Source of the DNA: Takakia lepidozioides
Taxonomy: Eukaryota > Plantae > Bryophyta
Direction: 5' to 3'
DNA: 64,000 nucleotides
NCBI GenBank assembly: GCA_030704615.1
Contig: CM060732.1
Coordinates: 52,824,001 to 52,888,000, forward strand
The translations under genes were made by a program, and so were the position numbers. The notes beneath the pieces are model-generated. The model saw only the letters and a list, made by a program, of their open reading frames with translations, did no database searches and was not told the origin of the DNA. This document shows positions 48,746-59,078 of this stretch, piece after piece (positions within the stretch are counted from its first letter, which is position 1; each line of letters opens with the position of its first letter).

Positions 48746-49427
48746 TTTAGACTCACAGAACTGTTTTGGCTGTAACAACTGCAGGAATGCCTGTAGTGCA
48801 CAAAGCATAAACGTATGGTTGCCGCAGAAAGCTATGGGTAATTTCTTGTAAGCCTGCGGGGCTTGCAAGCATAGCTCAAGAGAAAAGCTCCGCTCTGTCC
48901 TTTCGTGTCTATGCCACTGCGTAAGTAATATTGCGAGCGTATAGTCTGTTAGTTCCTCCATAGTTTCCAAGTTATAGCATTGATGGTCTGTCCCGTCGAG
49001 ACGCCCGTTACTCAGAACGACGCCGCCTCTTGCGCTCAATTTCCCTCCATTTTCTCGATCCTTTCTCTGGTTTTCTATTGGCTGTATCCGCTGTGACTGG
49101 ATTTTAGATTTTATTTTTTTTAGTGGACTTTCCCTGTTGGATAGTCCACTAGGATCACACATGTGACAAGAATTCCGCTTTTCCGTTCGTTCCGTTTCCC
49201 TTTTTCCGTATTCATTAATGGGCCCGCCTTTCATCCCTTTTGACGGCCGTTCTTGTCCTCTTTCTTTTTGACACCTGTTCTTGCACTTCTTTCTCGGCTG
49301 TGTGTCGTGCCCTGACCTCCACGTGTCTATTTTTAAAGTAATTTCCGTTTTCTCTTCCGTCAGCCATTTTCCTGAAGTTATTATGCGTCCACTTGTCACT
49401 GATTCTATGGATCGTGTGACTTTAGTA

Positions 49428-49700
49428 GGCTGTGTTGAGCTGTGACAGGCTGTGTCATACTGTGTTACGCTGTGATAGGCTGTGATGCACTGTGGTAAGC
49501 TGTGATAGGCTGTGACACGCTGTGGTAGGTTGTGATAGGCTGTGTTGCGCCGTGCTGGGCTGTGATAGGCTGTGCTTTGCCTTGATGGGCTGTGATAGGC
49601 TATGTCACGTCGTGATGGGCTGTGATAGGCTATGTCACGTCGTGATGGGCTGTGATAGGCTGTGTCACGTCATGATGGGCTGTGATAGGCTGTGTCACGT
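49428..49700. repeat. 10-bp-period tandem array (TGTGATAGGC / TGTGTCACGT / CGTGATGGGC, 30-bp higher order)
   Basis: Visible periodicity immediately downstream of pol. Confidence 0.9.
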
Positions 49701-52700
49701 TTGTTTTGGCCGCCCTGGTCATATATGCTGGGCCTAGCGACAAGTGCTCCATACTCCGTTCGTAACACTGGTGCAGCCCGTGACTGCTCTTGCGGTTCAA
49801 CATGCAAATCATGCTGCAAGGGTTGTCATGGATACCACTGTACCCCTTCAACTTATTGGCATTGACTCTTCCCAGCATTTCTTTGTTAATGGTTTGTAAC
49901 ATGGCGGTGTTGTTATCATACATCTTTTGTATGACATAAGGTCCTTTCCATGGTGATTTAAGCTTAGAAGCTTGAATCTTTCCTTTCTTCTGCAACCATA
50001 GAACCAAATCCCCCATCTTAAAAGTCTTTAACTTGCCTTCATCAAACTGTTCCTTTCGCTTCATCTGAATTCTGGTCATATTATCAGCTGCATCAGCACG
50101 TACTTCTTCCACATGGTATAATTCATGTTTCCTGACCTTGATGGAGTCTTGCAATTCCATTCTTTTTCCCCACTCCGTTCTCATGGTAGGTAACAGGAAT
50201 TCCACTGGAAGTAAGGCTTCCATACCATAAACTAATTGGAATGGTGTATACTTAGTGGTGACTTTATATGAAGTCCTGTATGACCACAAAGCTGTCAGCA
50301 GCTTTGTATCCCAATCCGTTCTGTTTGCATTGACTATCTTAGCCAAGATAGTACATAGTATTTTGTTGGTAGCCTCTGCCTGCCCATTACCCTGTGGGTA
50401 ATATGTTGTACTCTTTCTATGCACAATCATAAACTCTTTAGTCAACAACTCAATGGTCTCATTCATGAAGTGACTTCCCTGATCACTGATAAATTCTAAG
50501 GGACAGCCAAATCGTGTAAGTATGTTCTCGTACAGGAACCTTGCTGTGGACTTGGCTGTGTTGTCCCTCAAAGCTTTAGCTTCCACCCACTTTGTAGTAT
50601 AATCAGTGGCTGTAATTATGTACCTGTTTCGTGTATTCTTGGATGGTGGGTTAATTGGTCCAACAAAGTCTAGTCCCCATTTCTGAAATGGTTCCGTAGG
50701 CATTGTAGGATGCAAGGCCATCCTTCCAGATCTCTGCAAAGGTCCTAGCCTCTGACATTCATCACACTTCTGACAATACTCGTGTACATCTTTGAACAAA
50801 GTAGGCCACCAGTATCCTGCGAGTAGTATCTTTCTACTGGTAGTCTCTTCTCCAAAATGACCTCCAGCCACTCCTTTATGAACTTCCGCCAAAACTTTAT
50901 TTACTTCATGGTGGTACAAGCATCGTTTTAGTACTCCATCAGGTCCTAACTTATACATTCTGCTTCCTACCATAGTATAAGGTAAAGCTTTGATAGCGAT
51001 TCTCTTCCTCTGCTCCTTACCATAACTAGGTGGGCACTGACCATGAGCAAGGTAGTATCTGATTGGCCACTGCCAATCTAACCAGTCATCTGCACTTCCC
51101 TGCACCTCCACTGCAAAGAGACTCGCATCTGGTAATTGATCATCTATTCCTGTGGCTGGTTCTCCTGTTGACAATCGTGACAAATGATCCGCCACAAGAT
51201 GCAGTCTCCCAGGCTTGTAAACAACCTCGAACTCAAACTCGTGCAAGATTATCAACCATCTTGCTATTCTTCCGCTTATCAGAGGTTTGTTTACCAGGTA
51301 TATCAGAGCCTGGTGATCCACATAGAACATAAACTTCTTGCCCAACAGGTAATGCCTGAATTTCTTCACTGCATAGATCATTGCCAATGCTTCTCTTTCC
51401 GTTGTGCTATAGTTCCTCTCAGCACTGTTCATCAATCGGCTAGCATAGTACACAGGTGAATCTATATTCCCTGTAACATTCTGGGCTAACACCGCTCCCA
51501 ACGCTTCTCCTGATGCATCGCAGTGAACATGGAATACTACATGCCAGTGAGGGTTAATCAGCACAGGTGTAGTTGTTACTGACAGTGTAAGTTCCTCAAA
51601 TGCCTGTTGACATTCAGCTGTCCAGGCAAACACTGCATCTTTCTTCAGTAGTTTGCTCAATGGTGCTGCTATTTGTGCATACCTTTTGACAAATCTCCTG
51701 TAATAACTGGTTTGCCCAAGGAATCTCCGTAGACTTTTAACATTCACTGGTGGTGGAGAGGCTTTAATGGACTCTGTCTTTCTGGGATCCACAAGGAGTC
51801 CCTTCTTACACACAATGTGTCCCAGAAGCACCCCTGAGTTCACACAGAAAGTACACTTCTCTGGATTCAGGCCCAGACCTCTCATCCTGCATCTGGCCAA
51901 ACATAACTCCAATTTATGCAAGTGCTCACTCTTAGAGCTGTACACACTGAAATCATCCAAGAATACCTGCATGAAATCATCCAGATACTCATGAAAAGAT
52001 TCACTTATCACTCTCTGAAAGGTCGCTGGTGCATTACAAAGTCCAAAGGGCATGACTTTGTATGCATAAGCCCCCCAGTCTGTGATGAAAGCTGTTTTCC
52101 CTTGGTCTTCTTCTGCCACTTGCACTTGATTATAACCACTGAAGCCATCCATGAATGAGTACATCTCATGGCCTGCCACAGTGTCTAATACTGCTTCTGT
52201 GAATGGCAAAGGGAAAGGATCTTTCTTCGTACAAGCATTCAGCTTCTTATAGTTCACACATACTCTTAGTTTGCCATTCTTCTTGGGAACTATAACAATG
52301 GGTGACAACCAAGTTGTATACTCTATTGGGTATATAAACTTAGCCTCAGCCAACTTCTTTATCTCTTCTCCAACCTTCTGTGCGTAGTTGGGATTCATTC
52401 TATACCTCGCCTGCTTGATTGGTACTGACCCTGGTTCCAGTTCAATCTTATGCTGACAGACTTCAGGTGGTATCCCTTTTAGATCCTCATAGCTCCAAGC
52501 AAATACATCTCTGTATTTGATGAACAAGCTTTTAGCTTCTTCGAAGAATTCCGGCTCCAAATCAGCTCCTACTTTCACCATCCTCGGTTCCTCTTTAGTT
52601 CCCACATTTACTTCCCTCACCTGCTCATCAGCTGTGATTGTCCAACCAGTCACCACTTCATCCTGTAAGCTCACAGTGGCTGGTTCTTCTAGGATTTCTA

Positions 52701-54741
52701 TTTCTCCTTCTCTTTCTTCATAGAAATGTGATGGGTAAATGCTGGTTTCCTCTTCAGTTGGTGTTGCTGTCACTACACCACAGCAGATACCTCTCAAACA
52801 ACTTAGGCTTTCCAGCCGCATCTCTGCAACCTGCTCCCACTCTGGGTGTGCAGCAAATAGGGTAGCTTCCTGCTCCTCATCCAGTCCTCCTTTCCAGTCA
52901 TACTCTCTGACTCCTCGAGGTCTTCTTGTAGCAGGTAATCTACTAGATTTCTTTGTGGTAATTTGTATCTCGTGTATCCCATTATGCACGGTTAGTAACT
53001 GAGAATTCCAGTCATGGAATACCCTGGCCTGTTTCAGCCACGGACGTCCCAATAATAAGGAGTAAGCCTCCATGACTTCATCCATTTTTAATACAGTTAC
53101 TGTGATCATAAAGATCATTTTCTGTATCTGTATCTTAACTCCTCTTATTAATCCCAATGGCTGTACACTTCTTTGATCTGCCATTGTTACTGTAAATGGG
53201 GCTGGTTTCATGTTACTTAGACCAAGCTTCTTCCTTAATTGGTCTGTCATGATATTTACTCCAGAACCACCATCTATCAGTACATCAGTTAGTTCTGTGC
53301 TTCCAATTCTCAATTGGATTACTGGCATAGAATCATCAAAGTCCATGACTGTTTCTCGCCCTTCCGGCTTCACATTATAACTGGTCACCTTGCTGTTCAG
53401 GTCTGTGTTTCCTGTCTCTTGGGCAATTCGATTGATTGCTTGATACAGCCTGTGCCTACAATAAGGTGCCACAGCTAATAGCTGTCCAATGGTAATTTCT
53501 GCTTTGGTCTTGCATATTACTTCAGCCAAAGTCTCTTCATTACTTTGCATGTCTGCATCTTCTTTTTTCCTTTCTTCCTCACTCCCTTCTTCTTCTCCAT
53601 CAGAATCAGAGGAATCTGCCACAGGAATATCAGTACTCTTCTGCATTTCCCTTATAGTATCTGCCACTTCCTTGTGCAGTTCCTTCTCATCTTTCCAAGT
53701 CTCTTCATCTTCAGGCATATCATTGCCACTTCCATTATCATCTTCTTCCTCTTCTACTGGAGGTATTAGTTTGGCTTTACTTCTTGTTACTATCATTGTA
53801 CTTACTTCTGGTACAACACATGGCCTAACCATGTGAGCTGCCACCACTGGGCCCTCATTCACAGGAGCTCTCATCTCATTCTGGTGTCTTATCCAGAATG
53901 AACAGGCTGCCTTGCGATGTCCTGGCTGATTACAATAGTAACATAGCTCTTCACCATTGGGTCCTCGCCCTTGGTCTGTTCTTGGATTATTTCTATAATC
54001 CTGATTCCCGGGCTGGTAATTCCCCCTTGGATTACCCTGATAGTTGCCTCTGGAATTTCCTTGGTAATTCCCTCTTGAATTACCTCTCCCTTCCATGCCA
54101 TTGTTATAACCACCAGACCTACCATAGTGGTCCTGATCATTGTTTCTTCTTGGCTGGGGCTGCACCTGATGCACCCTTACTTGCCTAGGTTCTCTTGCAG
54201 CTGTCCTTCTGTTGTAGTAACAATTCTCAGTAGAATGGTTATCCATTTTACAGATAGTACAGTGTTTCTCCTTCATGTGGCATTCTGTGGTGGTATGGCC
54301 TTCATTCTGGCACTTTGCACACCATACACCCTTCCTCCAATGTGTTGCAGCCTCTGTGGCATACTTCTTCAAGATTTCTTCCAATTTTTTTTCATAGTTA
54401 TCCCTCTTCAACTTCTCCTTTCTCTTACTCTTTCTTTTTAGTTCTTGCTCTTCTTCTTCATCTGACTCATCCTCAGAGTCCTCATCTTCTTTTTTCTCTC
54501 TCCTGAGCATTCCCAATTGCTCAATTCTGTTCGCAGTTTCAAATGCCTCCTCCACTGTATTATGGGGTAACATATCCACTTTCTTTTGCAACTCTGGTCT
54601 TAGTCCACTCACAAACCAAGTCTTCTGTAAACCGGGTGCTGGTACTGCAGCCAGCTTTTTCATCATCAATTCCATCTTCTCCATATACTCTTCAACAGTT
54701 TCATGCTTCTTCTGCTTCAGCTGTTGTAAACTTCCATACAC
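49630..54741 (-). CDS. gag C-terminus + pol (three zinc knuckles, PR, RT, RH, INT), uninterrupted 1703 aa
   Basis: CX2CX4HX4C x3; VLIDGGSG; SFMDGFSGY, VFLDDF; HCDAS; GLDFVGP, ISDQGSHF, GQAEATN; WKGPY. Confidence 0.95.
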   Translation of the reverse strand: MYGSLQQLKQKKHETVEEYMEKMELMMKKLAAVPAPGLQKTWFVSGLRPELQKKVDMLPHNTVEEAFETANRIEQLGMLRREKKEDEDSEDESDEEEEQELKRKSKRKEKLKRDNYEKKLEEILKKYATEAATHWRKGVWCAKCQNEGHTTTECHMKEKHCTICKMDNHSTENCYYNRRTAAREPRQVRVHQVQPQPRRNNDQDHYGRSGGYNNGMEGRGNSRGNYQGNSRGNYQGNPRGNYQPGNQDYRNNPRTDQGRGPNGEELCYYCNQPGHRKAACSFWIRHQNEMRAPVNEGPVVAAHMVRPCVVPEVSTMIVTRSKAKLIPPVEEEEDDNGSGNDMPEDEETWKDEKELHKEVADTIREMQKSTDIPVADSSDSDGEEEGSEEERKKEDADMQSNEETLAEVICKTKAEITIGQLLAVAPYCRHRLYQAINRIAQETGNTDLNSKVTSYNVKPEGRETVMDFDDSMPVIQLRIGSTELTDVLIDGGSGVNIMTDQLRKKLGLSNMKPAPFTVTMADQRSVQPLGLIRGVKIQIQKMIFMITVTVLKMDEVMEAYSLLLGRPWLKQARVFHDWNSQLLTVHNGIHEIQITTKKSSRLPATRRPRGVREYDWKGGLDEEQEATLFAAHPEWEQVAEMRLESLSCLRGICCGVVTATPTEEETSIYPSHFYEEREGEIEILEEPATVSLQDEVVTGWTITADEQVREVNVGTKEEPRMVKVGADLEPEFFEEAKSLFIKYRDVFAWSYEDLKGIPPEVCQHKIELEPGSVPIKQARYRMNPNYAQKVGEEIKKLAEAKFIYPIEYTTWLSPIVIVPKKNGKLRVCVNYKKLNACTKKDPFPLPFTEAVLDTVAGHEMYSFMDGFSGYNQVQVAEEDQGKTAFITDWGAYAYKVMPFGLCNAPATFQRVISESFHEYLDDFMQVFLDDFSVYSSKSEHLHKLELCLARCRMRGLGLNPEKCTFCVNSGVLLGHIVCKKGLLVDPRKTESIKASPPPVNVKSLRRFLGQTSYYRRFVKRYAQIAAPLSKLLKKDAVFAWTAECQQAFEELTLSVTTTPVLINPHWHVVFHVHCDASGEALGAVLAQNVTGNIDSPVYYASRLMNSAERNYSTTEREALAMIYAVKKFRHYLLGKKFMFYVDHQALIYLVNKPLISGRIARWLIILHEFEFEVVYKPGRLHLVADHLSRLSTGEPATGIDDQLPDASLFAVEVQGSADDWLDWQWPIRYYLAHGQCPPSYGKEQRKRIAIKALPYTMVGSRMYKLGPDGVLKRCLYHHEVNKVLAEVHKGVAGGHFGEETTSRKILLAGYWWPTLFKDVHEYCQKCDECQRLGPLQRSGRMALHPTMPTEPFQKWGLDFVGPINPPSKNTRNRYIITATDYTTKWVEAKALRDNTAKSTARFLYENILTRFGCPLEFISDQGSHFMNETIELLTKEFMIVHRKSTTYYPQGNGQAEATNKILCTILAKIVNANRTDWDTKLLTALWSYRTSYKVTTKYTPFQLVYGMEALLPVEFLLPTMRTEWGKRMELQDSIKVRKHELYHVEEVRADAADNMTRIQMKRKEQFDEGKLKTFKMGDLVLWLQKKGKIQASKLKSPWKGPYVIQKMYDNNTAMLQTINKEMLGRVNANKLKGYSGIHDNPCSMICMLNRKSSHGLHQCYERSMEHLSLGPAYMTRAAKTNVTQPITAHHDVTQPITAHHDVT

Positions 54742-55838
54742 TTCATCCTCAGTTTTACTTGTCTGAACCTATTTCGAAATGCTGTATTCAAGCCATTCCA
54801 GGTTAGGAAATGATTATCAGGGAATCTTGCATACCATTCACTTGCTTTCTTGATAAGTGAACAAGGAAACAATCTCATCTTGGCATCATCGCCATTCTCA
54901 TTGTTCACTATACACATGTGCTCAAATTGGCTAATGTGTACATCGGGATCCCCTTTTCCTGAATATATTGGAAAGGGTGGTTTTGCCCGTGTTGGTTGTA
55001 ACGCCATCTGTGGCCCTACCTTCTGCCCACTGACAGGTGCTGGCACCCTTGCTGGTGCTGGTCCTTCTGGACCTGTTGTTTTTGTGGTGGATCTTCCACC
55101 AAGTGGTGGCCCTTGAGTACTCCCTGCTTCTGGCCCCACGATATTCACAGTATTCCCAGCTTCAGTTGCACTACTTCCCACACTCCCTGTCCCCCCAGAG
55201 CCAGATCCAGGCAGCCCGCCTGATCCCCCTGAGCCGACACCTTCGTTGGCCTGTGATCCAAGTGCTCCACTTGATCCAGGTCCAACGGGTTGGGATGTCC
55301 TGGTTGTAGTCTCAACCTCAGCTGTTGGGTCTACTTCTTCATATTCTTCCTCTTCCAATTTCTTCTCTCTATTTTCATCCTCCAAGTTCTGCCCTTGGGT
55401 TTCTTCTTCACTCATGTAACTCAACTGTAATGGTGTTGGAGAGTCTGAACTCTCCGTTGGCTCTGCCACATCCTCTTCTCCTTCTTCACCTTCTGCTTCA
55501 GAAACTGGAGTTCCTGCTTTTGGTGTTCCATGCCAACTCTTATCAAAGATTTCTGTCAAATCTTTTATCCAAGGATGTACCTCAGATCTTTCACCTCGTG
55601 ATTGATCTTCTTCCTGTACCAATTCCCTTAATCTTTCTTGCAAAGAAACAGAAGGAGTGGCATCCAACTCTAGTTCTTCCGGTATAGGTGATGTACTCTT
55701 TGATCTTAATGGTGTGAGAGGTCCAGATGATTCCCCTATGTCTATTCCTCTCTCCCAAAGATATGGATAATTAGCTTTCAGATAGCTTTCTCTTTTTGCT
55801 GAATATCTCTGGCGTCTAGCTTCTCTTTCATCACTCAT
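54717..55838 (-). CDS. gag N-terminal part (retrotransposon gag domain), frameshifted from pol
   Basis: PFPIYSGKGDPDVHISQFE..LFPCSLIKKASEWY..TWNGLNTAFRNRF. Confidence 0.88.
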   Translation of the reverse strand: MSDEREARRQRYSAKRESYLKANYPYLWERGIDIGESSGPLTPLRSKSTSPIPEELELDATPSVSLQERLRELVQEEDQSRGERSEVHPWIKDLTEIFDKSWHGTPKAGTPVSEAEGEEGEEDVAEPTESSDSPTPLQLSYMSEEETQGQNLEDENREKKLEEEEYEEVDPTAEVETTTRTSQPVGPGSSGALGSQANEGVGSGGSGGLPGSGSGGTGSVGSSATEAGNTVNIVGPEAGSTQGPPLGGRSTTKTTGPEGPAPARVPAPVSGQKVGPQMALQPTRAKPPFPIYSGKGDPDVHISQFEHMCIVNNENGDDAKMRLFPCSLIKKASEWYARFPDNHFLTWNGLNTAFRNRFRQVKLRMKCMEVYNS

Positions 55839-55859
55839 GTCCCATGTCTTTCATTTCTT

Positions 55860-56555
55860 TTAATGTGGCAATAACCAAAACTCTCTTCTGTAATATCTCT
55901 CGTATATGCCTGGGTTTCTTTCAAGCTTCAATGCACCCTTGGCTATACTTGAAGTCTCCGTTACCATATAACCATATGGCAAACAAGTCTGAAAAGCTGT
56001 TCTTGGTGTGAGTTTGATCCACAAAATATCCTTTGGAATCCAATTCTTTACCAGTACAAGCTCTTCATGCATATGAGTATAAACATTCACCTTTCTTTCT
56101 TCCCAGCCTTCAAACTCTACTCGTTTAATGGATAGCAATGCTATCACATAAACCAATGTTGGTAACCAACGTGCTCTTCCTCTACAGGCTACCTGATAAA
56201 TCTTTATCACTCCTTTCTCCAGACCCCATTCTGGATCAGCATTATGCACTCGCTTAAGAATATTTTCTTTACAACCGTCTGGCAATTCCAAGAACCTTTG
56301 AAAGAATTGTTTGGACAATCTTTCTTCCTTCGTTCCACAGGGAATTTGATTCACTTCAAATTCTTTAATGGTCCAACCACCATGATCCCACCAGATGCCT
56401 GTCACAACTGGTTGTTCATGACTCAGTTCCCCAGTATGGTCGCCAAATGTCGCGCGGCTTTTACTCACCCATCCCTTCGCTATTCGAGGCGGAAACTCCA
56501 AGATAGAAGAGTTGGAAATCTCTAAGTACTCAGCCCGCGCAGAACAATCAGTCAT
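55860..56555 (-). CDS. Extra ORF upstream of gag, unknown function
   Basis: 231-codon open frame with its ATG inside the 5' LTR, reading through the PBS and ending 21 nt before the gag ATG. Confidence 0.5.
   Translation of the reverse strand: MTDCSARAEYLEISNSSILEFPPRIAKGWVSKSRATFGDHTGELSHEQPVVTGIWWDHGGWTIKEFEVNQIPCGTKEERLSKQFFQRFLELPDGCKENILKRVHNADPEWGLEKGVIKIYQVACRGRARWLPTLVYVIALLSIKRVEFEGWEERKVNVYTHMHEELVLVKNWIPKDILWIKLTPRTAFQTCLPYGYMVTETSSIAKGALKLERNPGIYERYYRREFWLLPH
56428..56445 (-). promoter_or_regulatory. Primer-binding site, tRNA-Arg-like
   Basis: TGGCGACCATACTGGGGA, 2 nt after the 5' LTR. Confidence 0.75.
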
Positions 56556-57392
56556 GACCTACAGCTAGTGTATCATGGGGGTGTTTCCTATTTGTTTCCC
56601 TTTTGGTATTCATGTTAGCTATCTTACCCTTGATAATTAAGTATCAGTTTGCTTTATCAATCTATTGGATTCCATCAACTCATCCATTCATTTCACAGCT
56701 TCACTCAGATCTCTCTACACAGTGTGATTGTATCGTAAAAGTATCCGATTATGATTTATCAGGTATCAGGCCGAAGCCATTGTGTCTCTAATCTACTCTA
56801 CAATATCACTCTCTATCTTCACTTCCGTTCTTCATCTTTGCCCGATCCCCTCTCCTCCATGACCAAGAAGTCCTCCTCCGAATCCCCCTCGATTCCCCGT
56901 TTTCCCCTTTATCTTCCTATCCGTGGTTCTAACCGTTTCCCTCACTAACCGTCGTCTGTGAACTAACATGTTCCCTTCGCAGGTGTTGTTCCCCACAGTC
57001 GTTCCCTGTCCTACTCTTCGTTCCCTATGATCGTGACAGCTGTGTCAAGCTGTGACTGGCTGTGTGAAACTGTGACGGGCTGTGATTGGCTGTGCGACTG
57101 TGTTTGGCTGTGTCGGGCTGTGCCGGGCTGTGCCGGCTGTGACGGCTGTGTCGGCTGTGACGACTGTGTCTGCTGTGACGACTGTGACGGGCTGTGTTGG
57201 CTGTGTCGGCTGTGTCTGCTGTGACGACTGTGACGGGCTGTGTTGGCTGTGTCGACTGTGACGACTGTGTAACCCCCCTCTACAGTGCGCTGCTGTCACC
57301 CCTAAGGCTCTTGTTGGTCTCAGTCTGTGCAAAAATTAAGGGTACCCTACAGATCCCGTATAAGTGTCTAAGTCCCCGACAGTCCTCTAACA
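56448..57392 (-). repeat. 5' LTR (945 bp)
   Basis: Direct repeat of 44176-45159; lacks a ~30 bp segment present at ~44540-44572. Confidence 0.95.
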
Positions 57393-57734
57393 GCTGCACA
57401 ACAATCCGCCACCACACCCGCATATCATCACCAATCAGCCCAGGCCTGCCCCACATTCCCGCGCACTTACTTCATCCCCTTCGATTCCTGCCCTCTACAT
57501 ACATCACAACCTCAAACCTTCTCCCAAGTCAGTGCCCTCACCACATTCTGGTGCCCTCACCACATTGTCCTACCATGCCCTGTGGAGAGGAGGGGAGAGG
57601 AGAGGGGGAAAAAGAGAAAGCCCGCGGAAGGGAAGGCGAACGCGGGAGAGGAGGAGAAAGAAAAGAGAAAGCCGCGGGAGGTCAGGGGAGAAAGATCGTG
57701 GAGCGAAAAAAAAAAAAAAAAACAAACATACAAA

Positions 57735-57805
57735 ACGACGATTCCACGATTCGATCCCGGGATGCATCGCGGCGGAATCGCCATTCTTACCACTACACTA
57801 TCCCT
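57735..57805 (-). pseudogene. tRNA-like (Asp/Gly-type) Pol III remnant
   Basis: Minus strand TAGTGTAGTGGTAAGAAT (box A)...CCCGGGATCGAATC (box B-like), followed by T-runs; the acceptor stem is poor. Confidence 0.5.
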
Positions 57806-57922
57806 AAAAACTCAACAACCCCCTCCTGTAAAATTATATTTAAGGTGTTTTAAACCCCCCTCTGTATGTATAATGTTGTACATGGGGGGGTTTAAAATAC
57901 CCCCTCCTGTGCACGCACGTGG

Positions 57923-57955
57923 CTGGTACATTTAATGAGGAGTGCACCCCCCGGG
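57923..57955. repeat. 33-bp putative DNA-transposon terminus, copy 1
   Basis: CTGGTACATTTAATGAGGAGTGCACCCCCCGGG, identical to 61078-61110; cuts the gag of the DNMT-Gypsy. Confidence 0.7.
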
Positions 57956-59078
57956 TGCCTCCTTAGTAAATCCCACCATGACCACTCGTTCCTCCACCAT
58001 GTTGAGCTCTATCCGCTCTACCAGCAAAAACACATTTGCTAAGGTGGGTTGGGCCGCTTGTAGGAGAGTTGCATCCCGCACCCTTCTCCTCAGCTCCTTG
58101 TCCAATATCCCGTACCAGAACTGGACTGCCTGAGCTTCTGTAACCCCTTGGGTTACATTTAACAAGCGCCTCATGCGAGTGAAAGCCTCCCTCAAGCTCT
58201 CAGTAGGCTTCCTCTGGAACTCTTGCAAGCTCTTCAACTTCTCTGTCCTCACCCCTTGGTAGTTCCTTCTCAACTCTTCGAAGAACTCCACAACAGGGTT
58301 GAAGGCAGGCACCGCCACTGGTGCTGGTGCAGCAGTAGCTTGGGTGGACGTCGTAGCCTCTTTAGCACTAGTCCCACTGCTGCTCGTGGAAGCTGCCGGT
58401 GCAGCTACCGGTATGGCTGCTGCCGTTGTCCCTCTAGTGATGGAGACATAGTCGGGTGACCAATACATCCTCCACTCCTCGATCTCAACATCGTACCTCC
58501 GCCTAAACTCATGGTAATCGATGGGCGGCCCCTCAAGGTGCTGAAACAGCCCCTTCCATGCCATAAAAGGCGTAAATAGTTGTGGATTGCACATTTGCTA
58601 CAAGTCACACCAACTATCAAATTCTTGGATAAAATCATCCAACTCAATGGTGCCCACCGCCCCAGAGTACCTATGTAGCCCCTTGGTGGCTCCATACATC
58701 TCCTCCATCGTGTCCCACAATAATGGCAAAGAAACAACTTGCACCGCCGGTGTGAGTCCTCCCGATTCACAATCCGAATCAGAACCTTCCGTAGAAGAGG
58801 TGAAGGTGGTGAAGGTGAAGGTGGCCTAAACCACACACCTCGTCTCGTATACCGGCTAGTATCGCTAGTGCTCGTACCGGCACTTCCCCAACAACTAGTG
58901 GCACCTCCGTGTTAACAAACTGACACTCAACCGGTCATGAACCTGTCTCTAACCCCCTTTCCACAAGATAACCGGGTAGAGAACCTGATGCGGCTTATGG
59001 TTTGGAATACTAGGTTTCTAACATAGCCTGCACCTGCACCTGCATCCACCGCATGCACTCTTATGGTTGGCTGGTCAT
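57956..59078 (-). mobile_element. DNMT-Gypsy 5' leader and gag N-terminal half (probably copy B)
   Basis: Reverse-complement homologue of 10197-10242 + 16832-17930; ORF 57932-58594. Confidence 0.9.

Larger units (their letters stand above)
44176..57392 (-). mobile_element. 13.2 kb non-chromovirus Ty3/Gypsy element (Athila/Tat-related, Phygy/Selgy-like) with extra ORFs
   Basis: LTRs TGTTAGAGG...CGCGCGACA on the minus strand, PBS, PPT GAGGGGGGAAGGGG (45163-45176), gag-pol. The flanks CAACC / GCTGC do not form a TSD. Confidence 0.93.
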
